Assembly: GCA_037447605.1 (NCBI GenBank) | Contig: CM074809.1 | Location: 2,284,689 to 2,348,688 of the forward strand | From: Zygnema circumcarinatum SAG 698-1b | Lineage: Eukaryota; Plantae; Zygnematophyceae | Direction of reading: 5' to 3' | Length of the DNA: 64,000 bases | Shown here: piece after piece, positions 11,201 through 23,593 of the stretch | How positions within the stretch are numbered: the stretch's first letter is position 1 | How the letters are laid out: every line of letters begins with the position of its first letter | Translations under genes and position numbers: made by a program | The notes under the pieces: model-generated | Databases searched by the model: none | What the model was told of the DNA's origin: nothing | The model's input: only the letters and a program-made list of their open reading frames with translations

Positions 11201-12161
11201 GTTTTACAGCTTGGACCACGACAAAGTGGAAGAAATATCCACAGTCTTTAAAGCCCAATTGAAGATACTGCAAAGTACCTTGCTTTCGCCGAAGAAAACA
11301 AAGACCATAATGTACCAGCCCTACTAACCATTGTAATGACCATTGGAATCACATAATTACCGCTAAACTGTTAAGTCTGAATGGTAGTGACGAGAAAAAG
11401 GGTGAGTAAGCCATACCTGACACAAGTGGTCCCAATCTGAAAGGCACCTTTGGATCGTGTTCTGCAGCCAACAGCTCACGGCTCAAAGCTCCACGACCGT
11501 ACTTGGCTTTTTTCTGTGCAAGCAAAAAGGTAAAGAACCTTGAAGCCAATTCATTCCTACGCTTACCGCTCTTGTGTTCACTCAAAGGAGAAGCTAGATG
11601 CAACGGCGACCTTCTCAGAAAGGCCAAAGAGGTCAAAAGGCCAAAAAAAGGCCAAAACCTCGATAAAGCCTCATGACGACTAGTCAGACTTAATTGCTCC
11701 AAACTGAAAAACAAGACCAGGTACTGAGGAACTAAAGAGAGCACTCTCTCCGACGGCAAATATTGTCATGGAGGACTGCTTCTGATATTACCCTAGCGAT
11801 CTGCGAAGCAATCCTACCTCTGGCTGCAGCTAACCTGCTGAATGGCGCGTCGGGCCTGAAAGTTCTGGAGCTCTCTACGTACAAGCAGGACGTCTTGCTC
11901 CGGCGTTCCAAACTTGCCCGCGCCCATGGTCCCGCGCAGCACTAGCAGCGTGATGAAGCCACAGATGAGAGTAATGCGGAAGTCGTAGCACCCTTTCTGG
12001 AAGCGCCGCCAGCGAGGATGGCTCATGATGTGGTGCAGATGCACGCGGATCCGCTGCGAGTTCAGCGTCTCCAGCGCGCCGACCATCTGCTGGGCCAACG
12101 GCGTCTGGAGGGCGGACTCGCGCACCTTGCGCCACATGTCCAGCGCGGCGGGCGACGCCAT
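8274..12161 (-). CDS. XXT: GT34 xyloglucan 6-xylosyltransferase (XXT1/XXT2-like), multi-exon
   Basis: Exons read ...RITLICGFITLLVLRGTMGAGKFGTPEQD (12161-11883), DPKVPFRLGPLVS, DWDIQR...LLKSLKNKLDYCR...WAKLPLLRRLMLLHPEVEWFWWIDSDAFIT, GLNTGSFLLRNCQ, WSLNLLDEWALMGP, DADDQSALVW, HHPGLGDDRWPFVTHYVGC, FHFGDDQVLRRYGF. GT-AG boundaries were seen at the junctions checked. Confidence 0.93.
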
Positions 12162-13039
12162 GGCGGAGAAGAACCAGCAATGGAAGGAGGGAGAGTGTGA
12201 GAGAGAGAGAGAGAAAGAGAAAGAAAGAGAGCGAGAGAGGGCGAGAGAGATGGAGAGAGGGAGTGAAAGCGAGCGGGCAGGTCACAGCGAGGCTGCCGCC
12301 ATGGAGGGAGGGAGGGAGGAATGCTCTCTGCTCTGCGCATTTGCCGAGGCGCCGCCCCGGCGCTGCCTCCGTACGTACGGCACTGTACGGTTTCCATACG
12401 ATCCCGTGTGTCTCTGTACGGAGGGCGGCGCGTGAAAGGGAGTGACGGCAGCGCGCGGCGCTGTTCGAAATTTGAATGGGGGGGGGCGCAGGGCGAACTG
12501 CGAATGGCAGAGCGCCACGTGGTGAACAGGATCTCGTCTGCCCTCATGGCGGCCTGCCATTGGCGGGGCGGCCACACAAAAAAAAAGGCGAGCAACGGAG
12601 GTCGGGGCTCTGCGCATGCACGGGAGGGAGCGGGTGCACCGTACGATCCAATGTACGGAAGTATCGTACGGTCGAACGCTTGTACCAGCGCTTGTACCCC
12701 CCTTATGAACAGGCTTTTGAATTTTTTGAATTGTTCAAAGAGGGCATGTCAGACTTAATAAGTTGTTCGTAAGTTTGACTCCAAAACGAGTACTTCGGTG
12801 AGACGCGATACGCTTGTAGAGGAGTACTCCAATAACTTTTTTTTTTCGTAAGATTTTGTTAGAGTCTGGCATAACGAACTCCGCGCTCGCCACGAACAGT
12901 CGGTCGGAGGGGCACAATGTTACTTGAGTTTGAACATGATTTCTTGATCTTGGAGCTTCGCGATGAGCAGTTCAACTCTGTTTCGTGGTGTTTGAAATGT
13001 TCAATGTTGTCGCTCACACGAGCGCACTCCAGCGGCGGA

Positions 13040-13228
13040 TTGCGAGTGGACCAACCCAGACTTGGCAGACTTCAACCTGAACGTGCGCGTGCCCCAACGA
13101 CGAGGACTCCGGGAGCGCAACAACAAAATCATTTCAGTTGGGGGGTGACCCGTTCCTCGTGGTTCCCTGTGCTGCGATTGTCCATGTACATTTGATGGCC
13201 TCGCCAACTTGAGTTCATTGCCCTATCC
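13040..13228 (+). mobile_element. Short 3'-end relic of CRE-family retrotransposon
   Basis: gtgacc...ggttccc...tccatgtacatttgatggcctcgccaacttgagttcattg matches the reverse complement of the LINE 3' tail at 1160-1240. Confidence 0.7.
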
Positions 13229-13329
13229 ATGCCCTCCCCTTTCAGATACAATCGGGATTGGGATAAGACACTCGAATCAATTCAGAAATATATATTTTTT
13301 TCCGGGGGATTGCTAAATTCACAGCTTCT

Positions 13330-13445
13330 TGTCTAGATACAGACATTTTTTCGCCTGGCAGATTCTATTTTAGAAAAAAAAAAAAAAGGGGGTTCAAAAC
13401 GAAGAATGCTTTTTTTACACCTTTTTTTACTAGGCACACACCTTT
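13330..13445. mobile_element. Half-copy of the foldback family seen at 23158-23408
   Basis: ttgtcta...ttttttcgcctggcagatt...aatgctttttttacacctttttt aligns with 23183-23275. Confidence 0.55.
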
Positions 13446-13637
13446 TCCCCTTGGCCAGATTGAAGGTTTAAAAACCCTAAAAACGCATTTTATTTTCAAT
13501 GCGTTTGCCCTGCTCCCCACCCCCTTGCAAGCAGTTAGCGCAACGCAATTCATTTCTTTGTTTTAATGGAGAGAGAAAGAGGGCAAGCGAGGAAGTCCAA
13601 TTCTTGTTCAAGTCAAGAAGCTTTCGACCAAGAAGCT

Positions 13638-13686
13638 TTTTGTCCATGTACATTTGATGGCCTCGCCATCGCGAGTTCAATGAAAG
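13638..13686 (+). mobile_element. Very short CRE-family 3' tail relic
   Basis: ttttgtccatgtacatttgatggcctcgccatcgcgagttcaatgaaa. Confidence 0.7.
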
Positions 13687-13873
13687 TTTCCTCTCTTTCG
13701 ACCCCCTACTGTACTGTACTGTACATGAACCTGTACGGACGGCCTTGCTTTACCGTAGCAGCGCGGGCTTGGCCGTCCCGTGCCTCGTTGCAAGGGTGCT
13801 CCCTCCCTCCCTCCCTCCCTCGCCCCGCTCTTAGAGCCGAGCTGAGCCTGCGAAAGCAGGCACTGGGCGGGCC

Positions 13874-16800
13874 ATGGCGAGCACGGCGGTGGCGGTGGCG
13901 GTGGCGGGGGAGGCGCGGGAGCGGCGCAAGAAGATCATCATCGACACGGACCCGGGCATAGGTCTGTCGGCGCGCTGCCCTGCCTTCCTGCGCCGCTGCT
14001 ACAGCTCGTTGACCACTTCCTTGGAGATGGCTTTCTTCCAGTGAGGGCCTGAGATTTAGCTTTGGAAAGGGGGTGGTGGTATGCACGGAGGCTGCATTAC
14101 ATGGCATTGTAGTGACGAAGTTTGGCTTACAACAGAGAGTAGCATGTTGTGCTGGTAGCATGCTTTTTCTTGTTTTATGCCTTGACACTTTGAACACGCT
14201 AAGCTCTAGGCAACTTAACACGCTCAGCATGATTTTTAGCTTTAACGGAGACAGTTATCTGTTTTTAATCCCCATTTCCGCCACCTTAGCCCGTTTTGAC
14301 GTTTCAACTTTTTTTTGCCGATTTTCTAAAATGACTCTGACTCGTGAAAGTTGTCAGCGATAGACTGTTTTATGAGGTTTATTCAAGCCTTTGCGAGGAG
14401 CTTGTTTCTTTTCTATACTTCGAATAGAGATTTAATGAAGGAAATCATTTTCTAGAAGCATTTTCATTTGAGCACTCCTGTCCAGTGAACATGCGAACGA
14501 ACTAAATTTGTACGACTCCTCCTCTTTGACGCACATGCTCCGCAGTCAAAAGGAAAGCGAGTGCTGTTTTCCCTGTACTCTTCCGTTCAAGACTCACTGT
14601 ACCTTGTTACTCTGGACATTTTGTCATAATTGTCACCATAATGAACGTTTTCGTCATAAACATTCTACGCAGCCGGCTCTTCTGCCTTTCTTATTTGGCT
14701 TATCACTATTCTCTAATTGGTTATTCGGAAGGACTTCAATATTTTTGGGTTATTATGTTGGATATGCATGAAGGATGCTTCGAACTCTGTTCGGTAGGGC
14801 CCTGTCCACTGCATTTTTCTTGTTCCAGTCTGTGATAATGTTCTATATGAAATTTTCGTGATTCTCTTGGAAATCTTTCTGCTTCTTATTCCTCTGTTCT
14901 GCCAAACAACAACAAGTAAGCCTGTAAACAAATCAGGAAGCAAGCAGCAGAAAACTCCAGGTAGTCGTTGCAGGTGAAGCTGAGTTTCGTTCTCAATAAT
15001 TTGCTTTCGCTGTGTTGTTGCCTCCCTGAGAAAGCGAAGCGTGTGCTTCTAAAGTATGGATGTGCTGCCTGTGCTGCTGATGCAGATGATGCCATGGCCA
15101 TCCTCCTCGCATTTGTATCCCCAGAAGTGGAGGTGGTCGCTCTGACCACTGTTTTTGGCAACGTGCGCACTCCCACTGCCACCAGCAACGCTCTGCACCT
15201 TGTAGGTGCTCCCCCAGGATGAGGCGCACATGGATTCCTTTGCAAGCGCACAGCACTGCTCACTGGAGTAGGAAGAGGTCGTCGAAGGGTTTAGTGTAGG
15301 CACTGACTCGACCTCGTGTGTCCTGTTCACAGTGTGAGCTGGCGGGACGAGGTGATTTGCCTGTTGCGCAGGGTGAGCTTAAAACTATGAAGGTATGTTG
15401 TATAGTCAACGTGGTTAATATACGCTCTTGCGTATGCTGGTCTAGCAGAGTAACACGAGGCTGTAATCCTTCTTTATTGGAACATAAAGTGGTGTGTTTT
15501 TTGAGCTCAGGCTTGACCCATAACAATGGAGTGCAGTCAACTCCCAATTCACTTATCGAAAAGCGAGGCTTTGCACTCCAAAGCGAGGGCTTTTGAACAT
15601 TTCCACACGCATTCATATACGTTTCTTCTATCTTTGTCCCTTTCAGGTTAAATCATTTTAGTTCTCTTATCTATTGTAGCACGACAGCTTAAATACGCTG
15701 CACCCTATGAAAAACCTCAATAAACTGAAATCAAACGGCAACGTGTATGCAGGGGGTGGAGAAAGTGCGCATTGCCGACTTTGTGCATGGCTCTGATGGA
15801 CTTGGAAACACCAATCCTCCATCGCCACGTGGCGCCGCACTAGAAGTGGGTGCGGCAGAATTTTTAGTGGAGGCTGTACGGAAGCAGCCTGGCGAGATCA
15901 CTCTTCTTGCATTGGGCCCTCTCACCAACGTTGCCAAGGTACATGCGTGTCTCTCTCCTTCCTCTCAATTGCAGACTATGAAGTTCTATTGGGACGGGGG
16001 ATAGGAGCATAATCGAAGTCATACAAGAGGTTTTGAGTCATTTCTTGGATGAAGTATGTTACCTGTAAGGGTTTGCGTCAAACTATGTTTAGAATTAAAT
16101 TGTTTTGGAAGTAATCGAATTCGAACGTCTGATTTAGCTTGTTGCCCGTGGTAAGTTCAAATGTCTGCTCAGCAGGAGGGGGAAATCAGTAAGCCACCAG
16201 CTTATGGGAGTCAAATTGGTTTGCTGGGTTGTTCAGCGTCCTGTTGAAAGAGAGAGAGTCTCAGCCATCGTCTATGAGACAGCTCATGAATTGACAAATA
16301 CCTTAGAAGCATGAAGCGCATGGCCTTAGATTTGAAAGAAAATTGCTGTCACAGCAGATACTTGAAGTGATCGAGGAAATAGAATGTGAGAGTAAGACAC
16401 GGGACTCAATCAAGCTCATTGAGTCTCGTGGGTTTCTGCATGGGCAGGCCATCGAATTGGACAGCAACTTTGTCCAAAACGTCGCTGAAATTGTTGTACT
16501 CGGAGGAGCATTCTTCACCAACGGAAACGTCAATCCGGCAGCCGAAGCAAATGTGAGGTGCAGCCGGCGAGCATGATTTGATGCGAACAATCAAATCATG
16601 ATTTGATTTGAACAATCGTTTTATCATTTCTCGGTCGGGTCATGGCAGCTTTTCGGCGACCCCGATGCAGCAGATTTAGTGTTCACATCTGGGGCGCGCA
16701 TTGTGGCAATCGGCATCAATATCACTCACCAAATCGCTCTTACAGGTTTTTTATTCTGCCTATTCAACCTTTGCAACTAAGATGCGGGAAAGATGGCCTT

Positions 16801-17373
16801 TCTCTCTAACAACCCTCTCCTCTCGTGCAGGCGACGACCTCTCTGAGCTAAGCAAGTTGGCTGGATGTTTCGGATCCTACGTTGCCCGTGCATCTCAGTT
16901 CTACCTGCAGTATCACAAGGAAGCATATAACATGAATGGTGGGCATCAGTAACCTCTACCCTCCATGACAGTGCTGTCAAGTGTTGAAGAGAAGACCTTG
17001 ACATGTGAGGTGGGGGCTGCCACAGCTGTGTACCTCCACGACCCTTCCGCCCTGGTGGCTATCTTTCGGCCGGACCTCTTCACGTATGTGGACGGGGTAG
17101 TGCGAGTGCAAGTTGAGGGCATTACCAAAGGCATTGCCTTACTTAGCGCCACGAGCAAAGTGTACTTCCTGAAGCCCCTTCACTCCCTATCCATTCATGC
17201 GTGGCCTCTCAAAAGGGTTATAGATGTATCTCTCGTTTCGCTCTAACCTGGCGATGCTGTGCAGGTGGGCGGCTCCAACTGCATGGTGTGGGAGGCCGGC
17301 TGTGCGCATAGCCACCAGTGTGGATGCTGACGCCGTGGCGGCGCTCGTGAAGGCGCGCCTTATGGCTGCTTGA
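13874..17373 (+). CDS. NSH2: Nucleoside hydrolase (IU-NH family), NSH2/URH2-like
   Basis: KKIIIDTDPGI|DDAMAILLAF (spliced DxDxxxDD motif), ALTTVFGNV, FVHGSDGLGN, LLALGPLTNVAK, VLGGAFFTNGNVNPAAEAN, FGDPDAAD, YHKEAY...VYLHDP; TGA at 17371-17373. The HKEAY segment (Tyr) resembles the NSH2 subclass rather than NSH1 (Asp). Confidence 0.93.
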
Positions 17374-18911
17374 CTATGGGGACTTGCTTGCATCTTTTCT
17401 TAGCGAGGGCTTCTACTCCATTGCTCCCAAAGGCACTAGTTCTTTTTTATCACAGGGGTCCTGCTGTAACATTGGCTTGTCATTTAGCATCGAATTTCTG
17501 CTTCGAAAATAATAGGTTGCTGCGTCCAAGGAAGGGGCGATATGCTTAGGGTCTCATTGGTTTTGTCAATAGTTAAGCAACTCACAATTTATCTGAAAGG
17601 TGCAGCTAGAGCTATTGTGAGGCAGAAGAATGCCAACGCTTACTGTACTTTGAAGTCCGGTGAGGCCTCCTTCTGTAAATATCTCTTTAGATTTTCTCCA
17701 TGTGTATGGCAGAGATGTGACTGCAAGTTTGGCAGCGATCAGAGCAGTTCAAGCTGGTACGACTTCAGTCTGAGGGAAGTCAGAACTGGGTTGAGCCTGG
17801 GATCTTTTTCGTTGGAGACTTGGAGCTTATTTGTGCATGGCACTGAGGAGTAGGCCCTATTAACTGCCGTCTGTTTATTGTCGGCCATAAGCAGAAAGAG
17901 GCAACCTCGTTGGCCTGGCTGTTGGCGAAGACTCTGGAACGCTGATCTCCAAATTTGCAGCTTGAAGCGTAAGGAGTTTCTATGGCGATTCTTTATGATC
18001 CACAGATTGACGACATTGATTGATCATTGATTGATTGACATGTCGCAACTGAGTGACCGGAAGAATGACATAGAGTGGCAGGGCTTGCTGCCCACGCACC
18101 GGGCTGACAGTACGAACTGCATTCTGCTCAAGGATAGGCTTGTTATTTGCTGCATTTTTTCTGCCTGGAAGATTGGCCACGAGCAAGTCTTTCCGTTACA
18201 AATCACGGCCGACATGTGCGGCACCAATAAGCCGAAACCAATCATGTGAACAAATCAAGCACGTCATCCTCCACTCATTCACACGAGCCCCCATGCACTT
18301 GATAGATTGAGAAGGTTTCTTCTGTATGTTGAGGAAGGGTCAGATAACTTCAGACCCACATCACTACTTCAGAGCGGCAATGAATTCTGCTCTCTACTCT
18401 TCTGCTGGCTGTTTCCCTCATGCACATTCTGGACATGAGCTCGGAAAGGGAGGGCTTAAAAGCCGGGCAGGGGGAGAAGCATCAAAAGCGGAGCTGGTGA
18501 CTTATCTCCTAGTGGCTAGCACGTGCAACGTGCAATTTGCTTATTGGGCAGACATCAGCGGCAGTCCCCAAGGAGGAGAACTCTCATCCCCCTTCAGCCA
18601 TGGCGGCATGTCAGGAGCTGCGACCCAACAAAGTAGTGAAGGGAAGCAGACCGGGGAAGGCCCCACTACACCTCCACAGTAGGGAAGATCCTGCCAAAAA
18701 TGAAACTACTCTGGAAAGGTTCTACCTTAGCTGGAGATTAAAAAACGGAAAAAAAAAATGCAGCGAGCCAATTGTTGGATCTCAGCTGCGACTACGCCTA
18801 AACTGCGAGCCTGCCTGCGCTAAACCTCCACCGGCCACTCTACCCCTACACAGCACCCAAGCAGCTGCGCGATCGTGACAACTACATACCCCTTTCATCC
18901 TCTCGCTCCTC

Positions 18912-21032
18912 TCACATGGGAAAGCGAGCCCCTGGAGGGAGCTCCCCCAGCCATGGAATACTCGCCCATGAGAGGTCAAGAGGAGACCGCTGCCTCTGCT
19001 GCTGCTGCTGCTGTTGCTGCTGCTGTGACTGCTGCTGTTGCTGGGACAGCTGATGCTGCTGTGGGGACGGTTGCTGCTGCTGCTGCTGCTGAGCTTGTGA
19101 CTGCGACTGAGTCTGTGAATGTGACTGCGACTGAGTCTGTGAATGTGACTGCGACTGAGACTGCGACTGCGACTGAGGTTGCCGCTGGCCGCTTCCCATA
19201 AGAGCGAGTGTCTTCTCTCCTTCCGGCTGCCACGTGGAGGGCCCCAGCCCTAACGAATGTGGCGCACTACCTGATGTCAACCCCATAGAAAAGTTGCTCT
19301 GCTCCGCTCTCCTGCTCCCTGCTGCCTTCTCGTCCATTTGCCCTCCACTCACAGCAGCAGCAGCCGCCGGCTGCTGCCCCCGCAGCCACATATCGCCCCC
19401 CAAGCCCAGAGAGGCCGCATCGCCACTGCCAGGAGTGCCCCCCGAACCCTTACCTCCTTCACTCTCTCCACTGTCTTCTAAGCTCACGCTGTCTCCCATG
19501 CCTCCGCCACTACTCGCTCCTTCAGTCTCCACCTTGACACCACCTCCCTCTTGCAAGCTTTCCTCTCTCCCGCCATCTTCTGCAACACCTCCCTCTGCTG
19601 GAAAGTTCACTAAGGCTTTTGTTCCTCGGAGCTTCACTGCTGCACGGTCATAAGCGCGAGCAGCTTCCTCGGGAGTCGAGAAAGTTCCGAGCCACACACG
19701 AGATCGCTTTTTAGGAAAGCGAATTTCAGCCACCCATTTTCCGCAGTGCCGCTGCCTTACCCCTCTGTACATGTTCTTCGCCTTTTTCTTGTTTGCAGAC
19801 GAAGGTGCAGCGCTGTCCTTCCTCCTATTTCGCACCCTCTTCTTCTTCGCTGGCACAGACTCATTCGTGCCCTCCACTTCCCCTTCTTGTTGTATTCGAG
19901 GCATTGTCACCTCTCCCCCCCCAGCTCTCCCACTCTCTCTCCCTCCTCCTCCCCCCCCTCCCCCTCCTCCTCCCCCTCCTCCCCCCCCTCCCCCTCCCCC
20001 CCCTCCCACTACTCCTGGACTCGACCCGTCCCCACTCCTCCCTCTCAGACTTAGAGCCTGCCCGGCCTGCAGCCCCAATCCCGAAGCTGTCCCGGAGCTC
20101 CCTGAACCCCCCGTCAGCTCCGGCCACGGGGAGCTTCTCAGCGCCTGCGCGAACCAGGCCAGGCCCTGCCCCGGATCGCCCGCCTTTGGAGCCGCGGCAG
20201 ACGAGCCCTGCAATACTCCTCCTCCCTGAACCCCTCCCGCTCCAAGGGAAAGATCCACCTCCCTTGAACCCCCCCCCTGCACCCACTCCACATACTGCTC
20301 CAGCGGCCCTGTGCTTCCCTGAGCCGTTCCAGGACTCCGGCGAGCCCCGGCCGCTCCTCCCACGCTACCTCCTCCTATACTCACATTAGTATTGCTCCCC
20401 ACGCCTCCCCCTCCCCCTCCCTCCCCCCCTTTCAAACCCTCCCCCTGCGTTGCTGTTCCCCCTCGCCCTCCCGCCCCCAGATCCCCTCCTCCACCCCTGC
20501 CCTCCAGCTCGGTCCTCCTGCTCCGCTCCCCCGCTAGCAGCGAGGCGTGCTGCATCCAGTGGCTCCCTCCCGAGGCGGAGGCGGAAACGGAGGCGGAGGC
20601 GGAGGCGGAGGCGGAGGCGGTGTGGAAGGGCGGGCGGGCGGCGAGGTCGTCCTGGAGCTGCGGGACGGCGAGTCCCCCGAGGTCCCCGAGGAGGCCCGCG
20701 AGGGAGGCCCCGGCGGGGAGGCCCGCGGAGGCGGAGGCGGAGGGGGGGGGGACGGGTTGGGGGAAGGCGTCCTGGCGGGGCTCGTGGGAGGCGGAGGCCA
20801 AGAGCTGGTGCAGGCGGGAGACGATCTCCAGCTGCTGCTGCTGCCACGTGGCGCCGCCAGGTCCGGCCACGCCAAGGTCCGTGGATCGCGCGGGGGGGGC
20901 GAGGGCGGGGGCGGAGCTCCAGAGGGGCCACGCCTCCATCTTGGGGGGCGCCGCGGAGAGCGTCAGAGCGGTGGCGGAGGGCGAGCTCTCGGGGAGAGAG
21001 GGGGGGTGGCCCGGCCCGCCGCCACTGTTCAT
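18912..21032 (-). CDS. Intronless AP2/ERF transcription factor, DREB-type (A-6-like), long low-complexity arms
   Basis: [56 protein letters not shown] preceded by KKRVRNRRK; poly-Gly, SQ and poly-Gln tracts. First in-frame ATG is at 21032 (the ORF track start at 21080 is GTG). Confidence 0.9.
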   Translation of the reverse strand: MNSGGGPGHPPSLPESSPSATALTLSAAPPKMEAWPLWSSAPALAPPARSTDLGVAGPGGATWQQQQLEIVSRLHQLLASASHEPRQDAFPQPVPPPSASASAGLPAGASLAGLLGDLGGLAVPQLQDDLAARPPFHTASASASASASVSASASGGSHWMQHASLLAGERSRRTELEGRGGGGDLGAGGRGGTATQGEGLKGGEGGGGGGVGSNTNVSIGGGSVGGAAGARRSPGTAQGSTGPLEQYVEWVQGGGSREVDLSLGAGGVQGGGVLQGSSAAAPKAGDPGQGLAWFAQALRSSPWPELTGGSGSSGTASGLGLQAGQALSLRGRSGDGSSPGVVGGGGGGGGGGGGGGGGGGGGGGRESGRAGGGEVTMPRIQQEGEVEGTNESVPAKKKRVRNRRKDSAAPSSANKKKAKNMYRGVRQRHCGKWVAEIRFPKKRSRVWLGTFSTPEEAARAYDRAAVKLRGTKALVNFPAEGGVAEDGGREESLQEGGGVKVETEGASSGGGMGDSVSLEDSGESEGGKGSGGTPGSGDAASLGLGGDMWLRGQQPAAAAAVSGGQMDEKAAGSRRAEQSNFSMGLTSGSAPHSLGLGPSTWQPEGEKTLALMGSGQRQPQSQSQSQSQSHSQTQSQSHSQTQSQSQAQQQQQQQPSPQQHQLSQQQQQSQQQQQQQQQQRQRSPLDLSWASIPWLGELPPGARFPM

Positions 21033-22942
21033 GCCCTCCGGAGAAACCCTACCCGCCTCAACCTGCACGGACGACCGCACACCTCAGTTTCAGGTTCAGT
21101 TTCTGCATTGTTTCCCCCTCCCTCGCCCCCCTCCATCGAGCTCCCCCTCTCTCGCTCACGCTCCTTCTCGCAGTGTCCGGCAGAAGAAGAGGTAGAAGAG
21201 GGAGATAGAGAGGCAGGAAGGGAGGGAAGGGAGGGAGGGAGGGAGAAGGCAGGACGGGAGGAAGCCAGGGACGGATGCAGGGAGCGGGGCAGGGAGGCAG
21301 GGAGGAAGAGTGGTAGGGAGAGAGAGAGGCACGCAGGGAGGGAGGGAGACAGGGAGGGAGGGAGGCAGGCAGGGAGGGAGGGGAAGGTACCTGTCTGTCG
21401 CGGGTGGCGAACGCGGGCGGCGCGGGTGCGGGCGGAGGCGCTCCGCGGCGCGGTCGGAGGGCGCGGGGCGGGGGAGGGCGGGGGCGGGCGGACGGACAGG
21501 GGGCGGCCGGGCGGACAGGGACGCCCCGGGCGGCGCGCGGCGGCCGTACGATCGCGCCACGGACAGCCCAGATTGCCCGCCCGCGGCGCACCGCAAGAGG
21601 CCGCACACGGAGATTCGATACGCCGGAGGATCCGCAGATCTGCCGACCGGCAGCCGGCCGGCTGCCGACGCATCCGCCGCGAGGCGGAGAAAGCTGCCGG
21701 GACGGCGACAGCCGGCGGAAATCGCGACAGTGGCCGGCGGACCCATCAACGGTCCGCTTTGACCGCGCCGATCGCAGGCCCCCGACCGACGTACGGTCTA
21801 GATTCGCCCCTGTGGCCCTTTGAATGCGTGCGTGCCGCCGATTGGCTCTCCTGCACTGTGCTGACAGGGATCTGTACGGAGAGTCACCTGCCGCCCGCTT
21901 CTCGGGTAGAGACGTTTGTCGTGTAGTTCGAGCCCGCCCAGGTGCCAGCCGGCAGACATTTGTCGCGAATCGCGTCACACGAATGCAATGCGCGGGCGGG
22001 CGGCGAGTCGCGCCGGGGAGGCTCCGCGTATATCATACGGACGATCGGCGTTATCGTACGGACAATCCTCTAGGTCGTACGAACGAGCGGCGTTTTTGTA
22101 CGAACAATCAGAGCAGATTCGGCTTCCGCGTTTTGACATGTCACGTCACGTCTGACAGGCGCGGCGCGTGGCGGATCCGAAAGATCGCGCGCGAAGAATG
22201 CGCGCAAAGCGACAAACATCTTGTCGCCGAGCGGGGCATTGGGGGGCGGCGGGCGGGCGCGCGGCGGGACCCCTCGGGCCAATCGTACGGTTCCCGGCGA
22301 GAGCAAGCGAGCCTCTCCCAATCAGGAGGTGCCGCATGTCACGACAGCTAGCTTTTCTCGACCGTATTATTGGCGGCTTTCGAGATTTGGCCTTTACTGG
22401 TCGTTTTCCGGCACTCGACGGCGTACCGCGACATCGACGGCGTATCGCAGAGGGAACCGGCAGAGACCGGCGATGGCCGCCGCGGAAATCGGCCGACGGG
22501 CGCCGAAAGGCGCCGGCCAAGGGCGATATGCCGGACAGGCTGGCGGTATATCGAGCCCGCGCAGACGACAACCCGCCCGCCCGCCCTGGCTGGCTGGGAC
22601 GTCGAGTTCTGACGTCCAGCAGCAGTAGCAGAAGGTGATTCGATTGGCTGCCCAAGTTGCATCGAGGGGAGGCCGGGAGGGCGCGCGCATATCAAAAGCA
22701 AAAAGTTTAGGTGAAATGGAGACAGGCGAGGGCAGAGCAGGGACGGCGGGAGCCGGGCGGCGCCCCAAGCTTGAAATGAGGCGCGGACCGGACGAGTTCT
22801 CCCTTCCGTGCGTCCGTCCGTCCGTCCGTCCGTCCGGCGGCCGTGCGTCCAAGCTCGCTTGCACGGACGGACGCATCGCGCCGCGCGGCGAGCGGGCGGA
22901 TTGACGAACTGCGCGCGCACTTATCGCGCGCCGGGATTGGCC

Positions 22943-23063
22943 GGACGGAAAGACGGACGGACGGACGGACGGACGGACGGACGGACGGACGGACGGACGG
23001 ACGGACGGACGGACGGACGGACGGACGGACGGACGGACGGACGGACGGACGGACGGACGGACG
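22943..23063 (+). repeat. (ACGG)n tetranucleotide tract, with a short inverted (CCGT)n at ~22812-22835
   Basis: Directly visible. Confidence 0.95.
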
Positions 23064-23157
23064 CGGGCGGCAAGGGCGAGTTCCGGTAAAGGCGGGGTCG
23101 CTCGCCGCTCGCTTGCCTTGCCTGCTCGGCGCCGTACGGCCGCGGGAGGGACTGACA

Positions 23158-23408
23158 GGGAAAATTCTATTCTCACACCTTTTTTGTCTACACACCAACC
23201 TTTTTTCGCCGGGCAGATTTTAAAATAGACAAAAAAGGATTAATAACGGAAATGCTTTTTTCCACACCTTTTTGGAATCGATACACATATATACACATAG
23301 GTTTGAAAAAAGCATTTCCCGTTATTTATCCTTTTTGTCTATTTTAAAATCTGCCCGGCGAAAAAAGGTCTGCATGTAGACAAAAAAGGTGTGAGAATAG
23401 AATTTTTC
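23158..23408. mobile_element. Palindromic MITE-like element, no clear TSD, set in GCCGTACGGCCGCG repeats
   Basis: aaaattctattctcacacctttttgtctaca ... tgtagacaaaaaaggtgtgagaatagaatttt, ~100-bp arms. Confidence 0.7.
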
Positions 23409-23593
23409 GAGGGAGAGCGGTGCCGTACGGCCGCGGGAGGGAGGGAGAGCAGCGCCGTACGGCCGCGCATTGGAGGGAGAGCGGCGCCGTACGTCCGCGG
23501 GCGAGGGAGGGAGGGAGGGGGCGGGTTGTCGGGATCAACGCCGTACGAAATTGGGGCGGGCGGGGGAATGATGGGGGCAGCAAGTGCAGGGTG

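Noticed and set aside
12730-12910. Imperfect inverted repeat in the XXT/NSH2 promoter as a MITE
   Set aside because: Pairing is weak, with no TSD and no second copy in the window.
18326-18878. Plus-strand ORFs downstream of NSH2
   Set aside because: They fall in the presumed 3' region of the AP2 gene, with no domain or splice support.
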